DNA of 31,938 nucleotides from a virus: UHGV virus genome UHGV-0224535; one strand, 5' to 3'. Shown piece by piece: positions 23,384 to 31,938 of this stretch (position 1 is its first letter; each line of letters starts with the position of its first letter). The notes under the pieces were generated by a model. It saw only the letters and a program-made list of their open reading frames with translations, ran no database searches and was not told where the DNA came from. The position numbers and the translations under genes were made by a program.

Positions 23384-23587
23384 TTAAGGTAACTCCACTT
23401 CATTAAATGTAACAAGCACCCCTTGATTTTCTTTATTTATAATTATGAAGGCATTAATTGAAGGCAGACATCTTTCCACGCGGTAAACGTCACCAATATC
23501 TAAACTGTAATATTCTGTTAATTCTCTATTGTTCCCTTTAGCAAAACCCGTAAACCTAACCATTCCTTGACCGTCGTACTTTAACAT
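23384..23587 (-). CDS. hypothetical protein (67 aa)
   Basis: Track ORF; tightly spaced after the upstream minus-strand gene. Confidence 0.45.
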   Translation of the reverse strand: MLKYDGQGMVRFTGFAKGNNRELTEYYSLDIGDVYRVERCLPSINAFIIINKENQGVLVTFNEVELP

Positions 23588-23595
23588 ATACAGTC

Positions 23596-23844
23596 CTATA
23601 GGCTATCACGCAGATAATTAACGCCCTTATCAGTGACGAATGAATGATTAACCTGGTTTTCATCCGTCATGATGATGAATAACTTTTCCTGTAGGTATTT
23701 CGCTTTCGGGTACAGCGTTAAGCAGACCTGGTACAAAATCCCGCGCTCAATCAGCAAATCAATAAATTCGTGCTCATGATAACCGATAAGGCGGGCGGCC
23801 TGCTTCAACGTGTACACATAATCACTGTGATTGCGCCGCGCCAT
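23596..23844 (-). CDS. hypothetical protein, possible HTH/DNA-binding (82 aa)
   Basis: YTLKQAARLIGYHEHEFIDLLIERGIL resembles a helix-turn-helix segment; track ORF. Confidence 0.5.
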   Translation of the reverse strand: MARRNHSDYVYTLKQAARLIGYHEHEFIDLLIERGILYQVCLTLYPKAKYLQEKLFIIMTDENQVNHSFVTDKGVNYLRDSL

Positions 23845-23852
23845 ATTGCCAC

Positions 23853-24200
23853 CTATTTGTCGAACGCTCCAAGATTATCTATACAGAAATCCTTTGCCGC
23901 TTTTTCGTATTCGCGTTTTGCTTGCGGATCGTCAGCCGGGAAACCTTTTGCGTGTATTTCACCAGGGCAAGACTGATCCATAGAGTCTGCAAAATTAACA
24001 TTGAAGTTAACATTAATATCTTTCGGGTTCATATCTTCCACCTCATCAACTATCTGTACCGGATTAGCAGCATATTTCACTGGATGGCCTAAACTACATT
24101 CAAGAATCCTGCCTTCTTCCAGGGCTACTTCTTCGCTATCAAATAATCCGAAACACTCCTTTCTACCACTTAACCACACATCAAGACTGTATTTTTTCAT
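23853..24200 (-). CDS. hypothetical protein (about 115 aa) with N-terminal domain paralogous to the 24181..24369 gene
   Basis: LFDSEEVALEEGRILECSLGHPVKYAAN versus LYDDEGEALVDALLLVEDDRLLGYQIEPVKYEAN in the upstream gene; start taken at an internal Met (the track begins at 24302). Confidence 0.5.
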   Translation of the reverse strand: MKKYSLDVWLSGRKECFGLFDSEEVALEEGRILECSLGHPVKYAANPVQIVDEVEDMNPKDINVNFNVNFADSMDQSCPGEIHAKGFPADDPQAKREYEKAAKDFCIDNLGAFDK

Positions 24201-24369
24201 TTTTGTTAGCCTCATATTTGACAGGTTCGATCTGGTATCCCAAAAGGCGGTCATCCTCAACAAGTAAAAGCGCGTCAACCAATGCTTCCCCCTCGTCGTC
24301 ATACAGGGCGATAACCTTTTCCCTACCGTCTGTCATGAATGCCGTCAACTTCCATAGCTTTTCAGTCAT
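24181..24369 (-). CDS. hypothetical small acidic protein (62 aa), paralog of the N-terminus of the 23853..24200 gene
   Basis: GGAGGTG RBS before the ATG at 24369; the track ORF 24181..24489 starts further upstream. Confidence 0.5.
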   Translation of the reverse strand: MTEKLWKLTAFMTDGREKVIALYDDEGEALVDALLLVEDDRLLGYQIEPVKYEANKNEKIQS

Positions 24370-24498
24370 AACGCACCTCCGCGCCATTTTGTTAACTCCT
24401 CCTTCGTTTGAGTAAAATATACATATTGTAAAAACCACGATCAATCCATTTTGGTATGATTTGGCGTGACGCAGATCACAAAATGACAAGGTGAGAAA

Positions 24499-25203
24499 AT
24501 GCGCAATATTCCGAGAGAGATGATTATTGATTCCGTCGATGCCGGAGTTGGCGCGGTCATTGACTTATTTGAACTGGACCTTACTCCCCTGGGAGGCGAG
24601 GTTATCCGCTTCCATTCCGGCGCGAACGGCTATTACGGCCAGGTTATCTGGAAGGGAGTAGCTTACAACAGCTACCCGATCGAGGCGACGGGCTTCGAAA
24701 TGAAAAATGAGGGTGTTTATTCGCGGCCTCAAATGATTGTAGCCAATATCGGCGGACTCATTACGGGGATGAACAACGATTTTAACGACCTTAGAGGAAT
24801 GAAGGTTACGCGCCGCCAGGTGGAGGTGAAATATCTTGACGCCGTTAACTTCCCTAACGGTAATCCAGACGCAGATCCATCTATTGAGGCTGTATCTTTT
24901 TACGTCGTTGAAGCAATGAGCGAAGAAACAGCGGATCAGGTGCAGTATGAACTGTCAACGCCAATTGATGCAGATAAAGCTGTCATCCCTGGGCGCACCA
25001 TCCTTGCTGACGTTTGCCAGTGGCAATACAGAGGCGACGGGTGTATGTACGCTGGCGGACCAGTAGCAAACGATAAAGACGAGCCGACAAGCGATCCTAA
25101 AGCCGACAGATGTAGCCACCGTCTGAGCGGTTGTCGTTTACGTTTCCCGCGTCCAAATCCGTTACCAATTTCCTGTTTCCCCGGTTCAAGTAAGGTGGGC
25201 TAA
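24499..25203 (+). CDS. minor tail protein, lambda gpL-like
   Basis: 234 aa; Cys cluster CQWQYRGDGC...CSHRLSGCRLRF typical of gpL-family proteins; AGGTGA RBS. Confidence 0.85.
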   Translation: MRNIPREMIIDSVDAGVGAVIDLFELDLTPLGGEVIRFHSGANGYYGQVIWKGVAYNSYPIEATGFEMKNEGVYSRPQMIVANIGGLITGMNNDFNDLRGMKVTRRQVEVKYLDAVNFPNGNPDADPSIEAVSFYVVEAMSEETADQVQYELSTPIDADKAVIPGRTILADVCQWQYRGDGCMYAGGPVANDKDEPTSDPKADRCSHRLSGCRLRFPRPNPLPISCFPGSSKVG

Positions 25204-25205
25204 TT

Positions 25206-25937
25206 ATGGCACTTGAAGACAAAATGGTTCGCTACGCCGCAGCTCACCCGCGTGAGGAAGTTTGCGGCCTGGTGATAAATAACGAATATTTTTACCCGTG
25301 CGCTAACGTATCTGAAACGCCATACAACAGCTTCAAAATTTCGCCGGACGATTACATCAAAGCTGACGAATTAGGCGTTATAACCGCCGTTTTTCACTCT
25401 CACGTTGATGATATTCCGGTATTGTCTGCGCTGGATCGACAACAACAGGTTATTTCCGGCCTCCCGTGGCTTTTATGTTCCGGTGGCAGGGTTAGAAAAT
25501 TCCGCCCGGTAGCGCACCTGTTAGGCCGAAAATTTGAGCACGGGAAAACAGACTGCTACGCGCTTTTCCGCGACGCATATCACCTTTGTGGCGTGGATCT
25601 GCCGGACTTCGAGCGCCTTGATGGCTGGTGGCTTCGCGGTGAAAACCTGTATTTAAAAAACTTGCCGCGAAACGGGTTTTATCAGGTTGATGCGCAAAGC
25701 ATCCAGCCAGGTGACGTAATAATCAGGCAGCCGTTCAAAGGCGCTGACCCATGCCACGCGATGATTTACCTGGGCGATAACACTGTTTTGCATCATGACA
25801 ATGCCGGACTGTTAAGCCGCCGCGAGCAAATGCGGCCCGCTTATGTTCGACAAACGCATTCAATATGGAGATCTGATAAATGCTCAAATTTAGATTTACG
25901 GGCAATCTTCGAAGATATTACAGCAAAGTGTGTTTAA
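25206..25937 (+). CDS. tail assembly/tip protein, lambda gpK-like (MPN/JAB-like N-terminus and NlpC/P60-like C-terminus)
   Basis: FHSHVDD metal-site-like motif, then a Cys (CYALFRDAYHLCG) and His (HHD) arrangement as in NlpC/P60; 2 nt after gpL. Confidence 0.8.
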   Translation: MALEDKMVRYAAAHPREEVCGLVINNEYFYPCANVSETPYNSFKISPDDYIKADELGVITAVFHSHVDDIPVLSALDRQQQVISGLPWLLCSGGRVRKFRPVAHLLGRKFEHGKTDCYALFRDAYHLCGVDLPDFERLDGWWLRGENLYLKNLPRNGFYQVDAQSIQPGDVIIRQPFKGADPCHAMIYLGDNTVLHHDNAGLLSRREQMRPAYVRQTHSIWRSDKCSNLDLRAIFEDITAKCV

Positions 25938-26410
25938 ACGTTGAAACGCCAGCGCAAGGGCTTCGCTTATTGACCGCGCAGAATCAGGAATTCAAGAAGG
26001 CGTTTTTAAACACTCCTTTGCGCTTACGAATTGCCGGGAAAGATTACGACGAAAAGACCGCGCCAGCTGCGGTTAATAGCAAATATCCAGATGGAACTAC
26101 TGTGATTATTGCGCCAATAGTGGAAGGTGGTATTGCAGGTATTGGTGTGATCGGCTGGATTATGATTGGGATATCAGTTGTCAGTGTCGCTTTTTCTATT
26201 TTTATGTCTCGCAACATGAAGGTAAAAACATCATCAGAAAGCGCACAGGACAACACCATAACTAATAACACTTACACCAGCATAGAAAACAGGGTAGGCC
26301 AGGGTAGACCAGTGCCAATTTTATTAGGTGAAATGAAAGTTGGTTCAAACGTCGGATCGTTAGGTATAGACACTACAAACAATAAAGACGCCTTAGACGT
26401 TGTAAGTTAA
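25880..26410 (+). CDS. tail assembly protein, lambda gpI-like
   Basis: 176 aa; overlaps the end of gpK as in lambda; hydrophobic segment GIAGIGVIGWIMIGISVVSVAF. Confidence 0.75.
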   Translation: MLKFRFTGNLRRYYSKVCLNVETPAQGLRLLTAQNQEFKKAFLNTPLRLRIAGKDYDEKTAPAAVNSKYPDGTTVIIAPIVEGGIAGIGVIGWIMIGISVVSVAFSIFMSRNMKVKTSSESAQDNTITNNTYTSIENRVGQGRPVPILLGEMKVGSNVGSLGIDTTNNKDALDVVS

Positions 26411-26424
26411 CAGGAGAATTAACC

Positions 26425-29400
26425 ATGAGTAGCGGCGGCGGTAAAGCAAAAACACCGACTTTAATTAACGATAATCTATACCATAAACAATTTTATCGTG
26501 TACTTGATATTATTTCGGAAGGTCCGATTTATGGACCTGTAAATACAAAAGCGCCATTAAATAGCGTGATGCTTAATGATACGCCTGTTACAGACGCGAA
26601 CGGCAATACAAGTATCCCGGGTGTTAGCGTGGCGTGGCGTAACGGCACGTTAGATCAATCACCTATTAACGGTTTTAACGCCATTGAGTCAACCGTTATT
26701 GTTAACGCACAGGTTAAACATGACACACCAATAATCAGGACGGTATCAGATCCTAACGTTACGCGCATTCGCCTGAACATCGGCGTCGATTCACTTGTAC
26801 AATCTGACGAGCAAAGCAATCAACATAACACATCGGTTATGATGATGATTGATGTCAAGCCTTCATCTTCTTCTACGTGGACGCTTGTTAAAGATGTCAC
26901 TATAGGCCCTGGTAAGATCAGCGGAGAATATCTTGAAGCGCATATTATCAATGCACCAGATGAAAAGCCGTTTGATATTCGCGTTCGCCGTGTCACCGCT
27001 GATAGCACAAGCGATCTGTTGCAGAATGATACGCGATGGAGTAGCTACAGCGAAATAATCGACGATAATTTGTCATATCCACACACCGCTGTAGCTGGCG
27101 CGGTTATTGATCATGATCAGTACACTGATACACCTACCCGCACTTATCACCTTCGCGGGCTGATTGTTGATGTGCCGGACAACTATAACCCGGAAAAACG
27201 CACTTATTCAGGTTTGTGGCTTGGCGGCTTCAAGCAGGCATACACCAATAACCCAGCGTGGATCTTCCGTTACCTGGTTAAAAACGAGCGTTTCGGTCTT
27301 GCCCGCCATGCTGGCTATATTGACGTTGACGACGGCGCATTATATACGCTTTCTCAATACTGCGATCAGCTGGTCGATGATGGTTATGGCGGCCTTGAGC
27401 CTCGCATGACGCTTAATGCTTACATTACTGAGCAGATGAGCGCCCGCGACTTACTGGACAATATCGCCGGGATGTTCCGAGGCATCGCGTTATGGGACGG
27501 GCAACGCCTCACAGTGATGATTGATGCACCACAAGACCCGATCGCAACCATTACAAACGCAAACGTCGTTGATGGCGCGTTTACTCGTTCAAGTATCTCC
27601 CGTGCGGAATGCTACAACGCCGTGATCGTATCATGGACTGACCCGGAAAACGGATGGGAACAATCAAAAGAGTATGTGGCAAATGATGAGCTAATCGCCC
27701 GTGATGGTTATAACGAAACCACGTTGGAGGCTTTCGGGTGCACCTCACGCGGGCAAGCGCACCGCGCGGGTAAATGGCTGATAGAAACAGCAAAACGCGA
27801 GCCGTCAAAATTCACGTTTAAAATGGCGCGTGACGCAATTCACTTTACGCCAGGGGATATAATCGAGATCCTCGACAATAACCGCGCTGGCGCTCGCTTA
27901 GGCGGTCGCATCGTGGCGAACAATGGTAAAGTGATAACGGTAGATAAGGTCGATTCAGAATATATTGCGGCTGGCGACACTATAAGTCTTCTTGATAGCG
28001 ATGGAAAATTTAAAAAACATCAGATCACTGGTGTTAACGGGAACAAAATCACACTGGCAGCGGCCCCGGCATGGATTCGGAACGGGACTGTTTTTGCTGT
28101 ATCAACCGAAGCAGCAAAACCCGTTTTATGCAGGATCACCAGCGTAGCCGAAACTGAAAACAACAGCGTGTACACCATCGAGGCCGCGCAGCACGACCCG
28201 AACAAACAAGCGGTAGTCGATGAAGGCGCAATATTTGAAATCAACAACGACACGCTTAATCATTTCCGTGTTCCGAACATAGAAAACCTGAAAGTAATAA
28301 ACATTGCGTCAGAGACTGTTCAATGCCGCGCTACATGGGAAACACAGACAACTACGCATCGCATGACCTTCGAGATCCGCATATACAATGCAGATGGTGC
28401 GGTGGTTAAAAGTTATGAAACCACGAAATATAGTTATGATTTTTATGGCATAGACGCTGGCGCGTATTCGTTAGGCGTTCGCGGAAGAAATGACACTGGC
28501 ATGAAGGGTGCAGAAAGCATAGTAGATCTTGTTATTGGTGCACCAGCAGCCCCGATTGGCGTTAATTGGGTTCCTGGTGTATTCCAGGCAACAGTGTATC
28601 CGATCAGCAGAACAACGCTTACCACTGATACCAGTTACGAGTTTTATTACTCAGGTGAAACACAGATCACCGACCCGGCATCAGTAACCACTAAGGCACA
28701 ATATACCGGGCGTGGTCATCAGTGGACTTTTGGCGGCATGAACACGGGGCACACCTATTACGTTTATGTGCGCACGCGTAATGCCTTTGGTGTGTCAGAC
28801 TTCGTTGAGGCGTCAGGTAAGCCAACTGAAAACTTCGATGAAATCAGCGACTACGTCACCAAAGACGTGATGAACTCAGAGCAATTTAAGGAATTGGTAA
28901 GTGATATTAAGGATCTTGGTGATCGCACTGATATTATAGAAAGCGCAACCGCCGACCTTAAAACAGCTACAGACGGCCTTAAAGCTGATACAGATACACT
29001 TAAAAAAGACACCGAAGACCTTTATAAAAAAGTCGAAGAAAACGCCGATGGAATAGGCAAACATGAGGTAAGAATAGACTCATTAGAGGTATCAAACGAA
29101 AACGTTAATAACGAACTGGCACAGACAAAAGCAAGTCTACAAAACGCTTCGCTAGCTCTGATCAACAACTCACTTGCTCAAACTAACACGCGCGTTACTC
29201 TTACCGCTCAATATAAGAAAGGGCGCAACGAAACGAAAGCGCAGATTGACCGCATAGACAACGTTATCGCAGATGAGAAAAAAGCGACAGCGGAATCACT
29301 GGAAACCATTACAGCAGAAATGAACGCAATGGACTCCAGCATCAAAGGGGAAATCGCCCGCGTTGACAAAGCAATCGCAACCGAAACGCAGGCAAGAAGC

Positions 29401-30873
29401 GACGCAATAACAGAGGTTAAAGCTGATTTAACCACGCTTGAAAATAGCACAAACGCCAGTGTTAGACGCCTTGATCAAGCTATCGCTGACGAATCAAGCG
29501 CGCGCGCCCAGGCAATATCAGGCATCAGTGCGGAGCTTGGTCTTGTTGAAAGTGATGTTGATAAAAACAGCGACAAGATAGAACAGGCGAAAGCAAGTCT
29601 GCAAAACGCCTCGATTGCACTTATCAACAACTCAATAGCGCAAAGCAAGATGGGCACTGTTATTGAGGCGAAATACAGGAAAGGCCAGACAAAAACAAAA
29701 GCGGAAATAGCAAGGATCGACACAGCAATAGCAGACGAAACACATGCCCGCGCGGAGGCTATAGCATCACTTGAAGCCAATATTAATGAAAACATTTCAG
29801 CAAAAATAACAGATATATCAACGGCGCTCGCAACTCACGAGGCATCAAGTGCTGAAAAATTTGTTCAAATATCGGCATCTTTCGACGATGTAAACTCAAG
29901 CATCACGGAATGGTCGCAGGCCATGTCAACGGCAGATGAGGCGTTATCGACAAAAATTGATCAACTGAAAGTGACCGTTAACGGAAACACAACAGCGATC
30001 GAGACAACATCGAAAGCGTTAACCGATTTTAAAGGTAACGTTGATGCGTCATATTCAATCAAGATTGCCACTGATAACAACGGTATGAAATACGCAACAG
30101 GAATGTCACTTGGCCTAACTGGCAGCGGTACTGATGTTCAATCGCAGTGCATTTTCCTTGTTGACCGATTCGTGTTAATGACTGCCGCAAACGGCACATA
30201 TCAGACACCTTTCTATGTCACTAACGGCGCAATGTATGTGCGCGAAGCGTTTATTAAAGACGGTTCAATCGACAATGCAAAAATAGGCAATGTCATAACG
30301 TCATACAATTGGAACGGTAGCGATCAAGGTTGGGCAATAGTTAAAGATGGCTGGGCTACATTTAACAACGTTACAGTACGCGGCACGGTATACGCTAATT
30401 CTGGTGTGTTTAACGGTACTGTTTACGCGACTGACGGTAAATTCAGAGGCACTGTAGAAGCTACATCCTTTGTTGGTGACGTTGCGAGTATGTCAGTAAT
30501 TCCAGAGGCAACATTCCCTGCGCAATCAGGGTCAGGTAGCAGGAGTGTAACCAAAAATTATTGGGATTCATCATCATCTGCTTTATCGAAAACGGTTTAT
30601 GTAATGATACCTTATAACCTTGCTTACTATACATATAACCAGTCGGGACGCATTAACGTAACCATAAACATTAACGGAAATTCAAAGACTATAGACATAG
30701 AAAGGGCGGCATCAACGCCCCACAAGTCAGACGTTGCCGTTCATTGTGTTTCAGGTATTACATCTCAGCATGTTTCCGTAACTGTTACAGAAAACTACAC
30801 AAATACATCATCAGCAGCAATAAGGAGACCAGGCCTAGTCCTTGTCACAAGAAGCTCAGGATCGTGGTCATAA
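26425..30873 (+). CDS. tail tip / host specificity protein, lambda gpJ-like, with extended repeat-containing C-terminal region
   Basis: 1482 aa; position after the M/L/K/I-like genes; AGGAG RBS; C-terminal third carries repeated I-D-x-A-I-A-D-E-x-x-A-R motifs and a terminal beta-rich domain. Confidence 0.9.
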   Translation: MSSGGGKAKTPTLINDNLYHKQFYRVLDIISEGPIYGPVNTKAPLNSVMLNDTPVTDANGNTSIPGVSVAWRNGTLDQSPINGFNAIESTVIVNAQVKHDTPIIRTVSDPNVTRIRLNIGVDSLVQSDEQSNQHNTSVMMMIDVKPSSSSTWTLVKDVTIGPGKISGEYLEAHIINAPDEKPFDIRVRRVTADSTSDLLQNDTRWSSYSEIIDDNLSYPHTAVAGAVIDHDQYTDTPTRTYHLRGLIVDVPDNYNPEKRTYSGLWLGGFKQAYTNNPAWIFRYLVKNERFGLARHAGYIDVDDGALYTLSQYCDQLVDDGYGGLEPRMTLNAYITEQMSARDLLDNIAGMFRGIALWDGQRLTVMIDAPQDPIATITNANVVDGAFTRSSISRAECYNAVIVSWTDPENGWEQSKEYVANDELIARDGYNETTLEAFGCTSRGQAHRAGKWLIETAKREPSKFTFKMARDAIHFTPGDIIEILDNNRAGARLGGRIVANNGKVITVDKVDSEYIAAGDTISLLDSDGKFKKHQITGVNGNKITLAAAPAWIRNGTVFAVSTEAAKPVLCRITSVAETENNSVYTIEAAQHDPNKQAVVDEGAIFEINNDTLNHFRVPNIENLKVINIASETVQCRATWETQTTTHRMTFEIRIYNADGAVVKSYETTKYSYDFYGIDAGAYSLGVRGRNDTGMKGAESIVDLVIGAPAAPIGVNWVPGVFQATVYPISRTTLTTDTSYEFYYSGETQITDPASVTTKAQYTGRGHQWTFGGMNTGHTYYVYVRTRNAFGVSDFVEASGKPTENFDEISDYVTKDVMNSEQFKELVSDIKDLGDRTDIIESATADLKTATDGLKADTDTLKKDTEDLYKKVEENADGIGKHEVRIDSLEVSNENVNNELAQTKASLQNASLALINNSLAQTNTRVTLTAQYKKGRNETKAQIDRIDNVIADEKKATAESLETITAEMNAMDSSIKGEIARVDKAIATETQARSDAITEVKADLTTLENSTNASVRRLDQAIADESSARAQAISGISAELGLVESDVDKNSDKIEQAKASLQNASIALINNSIAQSKMGTVIEAKYRKGQTKTKAEIARIDTAIADETHARAEAIASLEANINENISAKITDISTALATHEASSAEKFVQISASFDDVNSSITEWSQAMSTADEALSTKIDQLKVTVNGNTTAIETTSKALTDFKGNVDASYSIKIATDNNGMKYATGMSLGLTGSGTDVQSQCIFLVDRFVLMTAANGTYQTPFYVTNGAMYVREAFIKDGSIDNAKIGNVITSYNWNGSDQGWAIVKDGWATFNNVTVRGTVYANSGVFNGTVYATDGKFRGTVEATSFVGDVASMSVIPEATFPAQSGSGSRSVTKNYWDSSSSALSKTVYVMIPYNLAYYTYNQSGRINVTININGNSKTIDIERAASTPHKSDVAVHCVSGITSQHVSVTVTENYTNTSSAAIRRPGLVLVTRSSGSWS
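29128..29800 (+). repeat. internal tandem duplication within gpJ-like (two diverged ~70-aa units starting at 29128 and 29590, 462 nt apart, in frame)
   Basis: AQTKASLQNASLALINNSLAQTNTRVTLTAQYKKGRNETKAQIDRIDNVIADE versus EQAKASLQNASIALINNSIAQSKMGTVIEAKYRKGQTKTKAEIARIDTAIADE; the DNA is also recognisably similar. Confidence 0.7.
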
Positions 30874-30879
30874 AAATAA

Positions 30880-30905
30880 CCCCGCTTTGCGCGGGGTTTT
30901 CTTTT
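30880..30905. terminator. bidirectional terminator (CCCCGC-TTTGC-GCGGGG; T-runs on both strands) between convergent gpJ and the lipoprotein gene
   Basis: Read directly. Confidence 0.65.
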
Positions 30906-31152
30906 AGTAGTTAGCTACACAATTCGACGGGCTACCGATGCGGCGCATATTGTGATCTAGTTCATGACACCATTGACCAGTATATGGAAGTTTTTCAGTG
31001 TCATAGACAAGATGACCATTAGCATCATAGACAATTTCTTGAGGAATTACTCCGCTATTTGGCAGGTTGTGCAATGCAGCATCTTTGTCAACAGCACAAC
31101 CAGTAAGAGCAACAGCCGCAGCGAATAATACCACTTTGAGCATGTTTTTCAT
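30904..31152 (-). CDS. small lipoprotein (lipobox LTGC), candidate superinfection-exclusion protein (Cor/Llp-like by position)
   Basis: MKNMLKVVLFAAAVALTGCAV signal with lipobox; convergent, immediately downstream of gpJ. Confidence 0.65.
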   Translation of the reverse strand: MKNMLKVVLFAAAVALTGCAVDKDAALHNLPNSGVIPQEIVYDANGHLVYDTEKLPYTGQWCHELDHNMRRIGSPSNCVANY

Positions 31153-31243
31153 TTTTGAATCCCCATTCTCGTTAGCTCGCCAGGTTCATCCGGTGGCTTA
31201 AATATCCGACAAAACAACATTTCGTATATTGATATAAATCAAT

Positions 31244-31294
31244 AAATACATTTTGTATAAGCCAGAAATGTAACACAGATCACAAAATGGTAAA
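31244..31294 (+). promoter_or_regulatory. promoter-like region upstream of the tail fibre gene carrying TACATTTTGTA and AGATCACAAAATG motifs
   Basis: TACATTTTGTA is the reverse complement of the 11-mer at 22567 and 18967; AGATCACAAAATG is identical to 24473-24485. Confidence 0.4.
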
Positions 31295-31329
31295 ATTACC
31301 AGGTTAATTAACATAATGGAGTCATTGCG

Positions 31330-31938
31330 ATGATTTACACAACAGGCACGATAGCCGTTAGCGGAAAAACAGTTACCGGAACTGGTACTGAATTCAACGC
31401 CGCATTATCTCTGATCAGGGTTGGTTGCACCCTTATTGCCATTAGCAATCCGGTGCAGATTTTCTCAATCACAGAGGTAAAAAGCGCAACAAGTTTGTCG
31501 GTAACTCCTGCGGCAAGTCCGGCTATTCCGGCTGGAACTAAATTTAGCATCCTGCTTTCAGATTCAATCTCTGTAGATGGTCTTGCTCAGGATGTTGCAG
31601 AAACACTGCGTTACTATCAGGGCAAGGAATCAGAAATAGCGGACGCCGTTGAATTTTTTAGCGACAACAAAGATGTTATTTCAGCCTCAAAATTAGCATC
31701 AGAATCAGCTACCACTGCAACTAACGCAGCAACAACAGCGACAACCGCCGCCGATTCAGCCAAGACATACAGAGACGAGGCCCACGAATACGCCAATCAG
31801 ACAGCAGAGCCGTACAGATATGTTTTACAGCCGCTGCCGGATGTGTGGATACCCTTTAATGATTCGCTGGATATGATTACGGGCTATTCTCCGGGTTATA
31901 AAAAAGTGAAGATTGGTGATAATGTGGTTCAGGTTGCC
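31330..31938 (+). CDS. tail fibre protein, N-terminal part (runs off the window)
   Basis: Open frame from ATG 31330 to the window end (MIYTTGTIAVSGKTVTGTGTEF...); Thr/Ala-rich stretch; not on the track because it has no stop. Confidence 0.7.
   Translation, partial: MIYTTGTIAVSGKTVTGTGTEFNAALSLIRVGCTLIAISNPVQIFSITEVKSATSLSVTPAASPAIPAGTKFSILLSDSISVDGLAQDVAETLRYYQGKESEIADAVEFFSDNKDVISASKLASESATTATNAATTATTAADSAKTYRDEAHEYANQTAEPYRYVLQPLPDVWIPFNDSLDMITGYSPGYKKVKIGDNVVQVA

Noticed and set aside
26044-29795. Antisense ORFs inside the gpI/gpJ-like genes (26044, 26820, 27581, 28020, 28443, 28876, 29208, 29475) and + alternative frame 27164..27409
   Set aside because: Low-complexity mirror frames of the repeat-rich J gene.
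31335-31550. Minus-strand ORF opposite the tail fibre N-terminus
   Set aside because: The + strand frame is open across the whole interval and has tail-fibre-like composition; the antisense frame is Ala/Val-rich mirror sequence.
1-31938. CRISPR arrays, tRNA/rRNA genes, integrase or attachment sites, IS elements
   Set aside because: No regularly spaced direct repeats, no cloverleaf-like conserved tRNA segments, and no recombinase-sized ORF were seen; integration functions, if any, lie outside this window.

Overview
The window reads as about 32 kb of a tailed dsDNA phage genome (siphovirus-type, lambda-like tail-tip genes), either a virion genome or a prophage interior; no rRNA, tRNA, CRISPR array or integrase/transposase was seen. 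Gene order on the + strand: (i) 1-5160, an early/accessory block of about 25 tightly packed small genes, including an expanded paralogous family (one member interrupted by an in-frame TAA); (ii) 5234-6384, a lysis cassette of a two-TMD holin, a SAR-type lysozyme, and Rz with Rz1 embedded in the +1 frame; (iii) 6653-7210, an HExxH-motif protein, then a tandem array of eight tiny single-helix hydrophobic peptide ORFs (7213-7863); (iv) 8030-17571, packaging and head genes (TerS, TerL, portal, Mu F-like protein, scaffold-like, major capsid, connector proteins, major tail protein); (v) 17627-31938, the tail module (chaperone, tape measure, gpM/L/K/I/J-like proteins, partial tail fibre). The tail module is interrupted by three AT-rich opposite-strand insertions (18320-18733, 21412-22422, 23175-24369) and a convergent lipoprotein gene after J. 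Short motifs recur in the promoter-like gaps where + strand transcription resumes. All functional calls rest on reading the translations and remembered family features; no database search was possible. The most likely candidates for something undescribed are the micro-peptide array, the small-protein paralog family and the opposite-strand islands.
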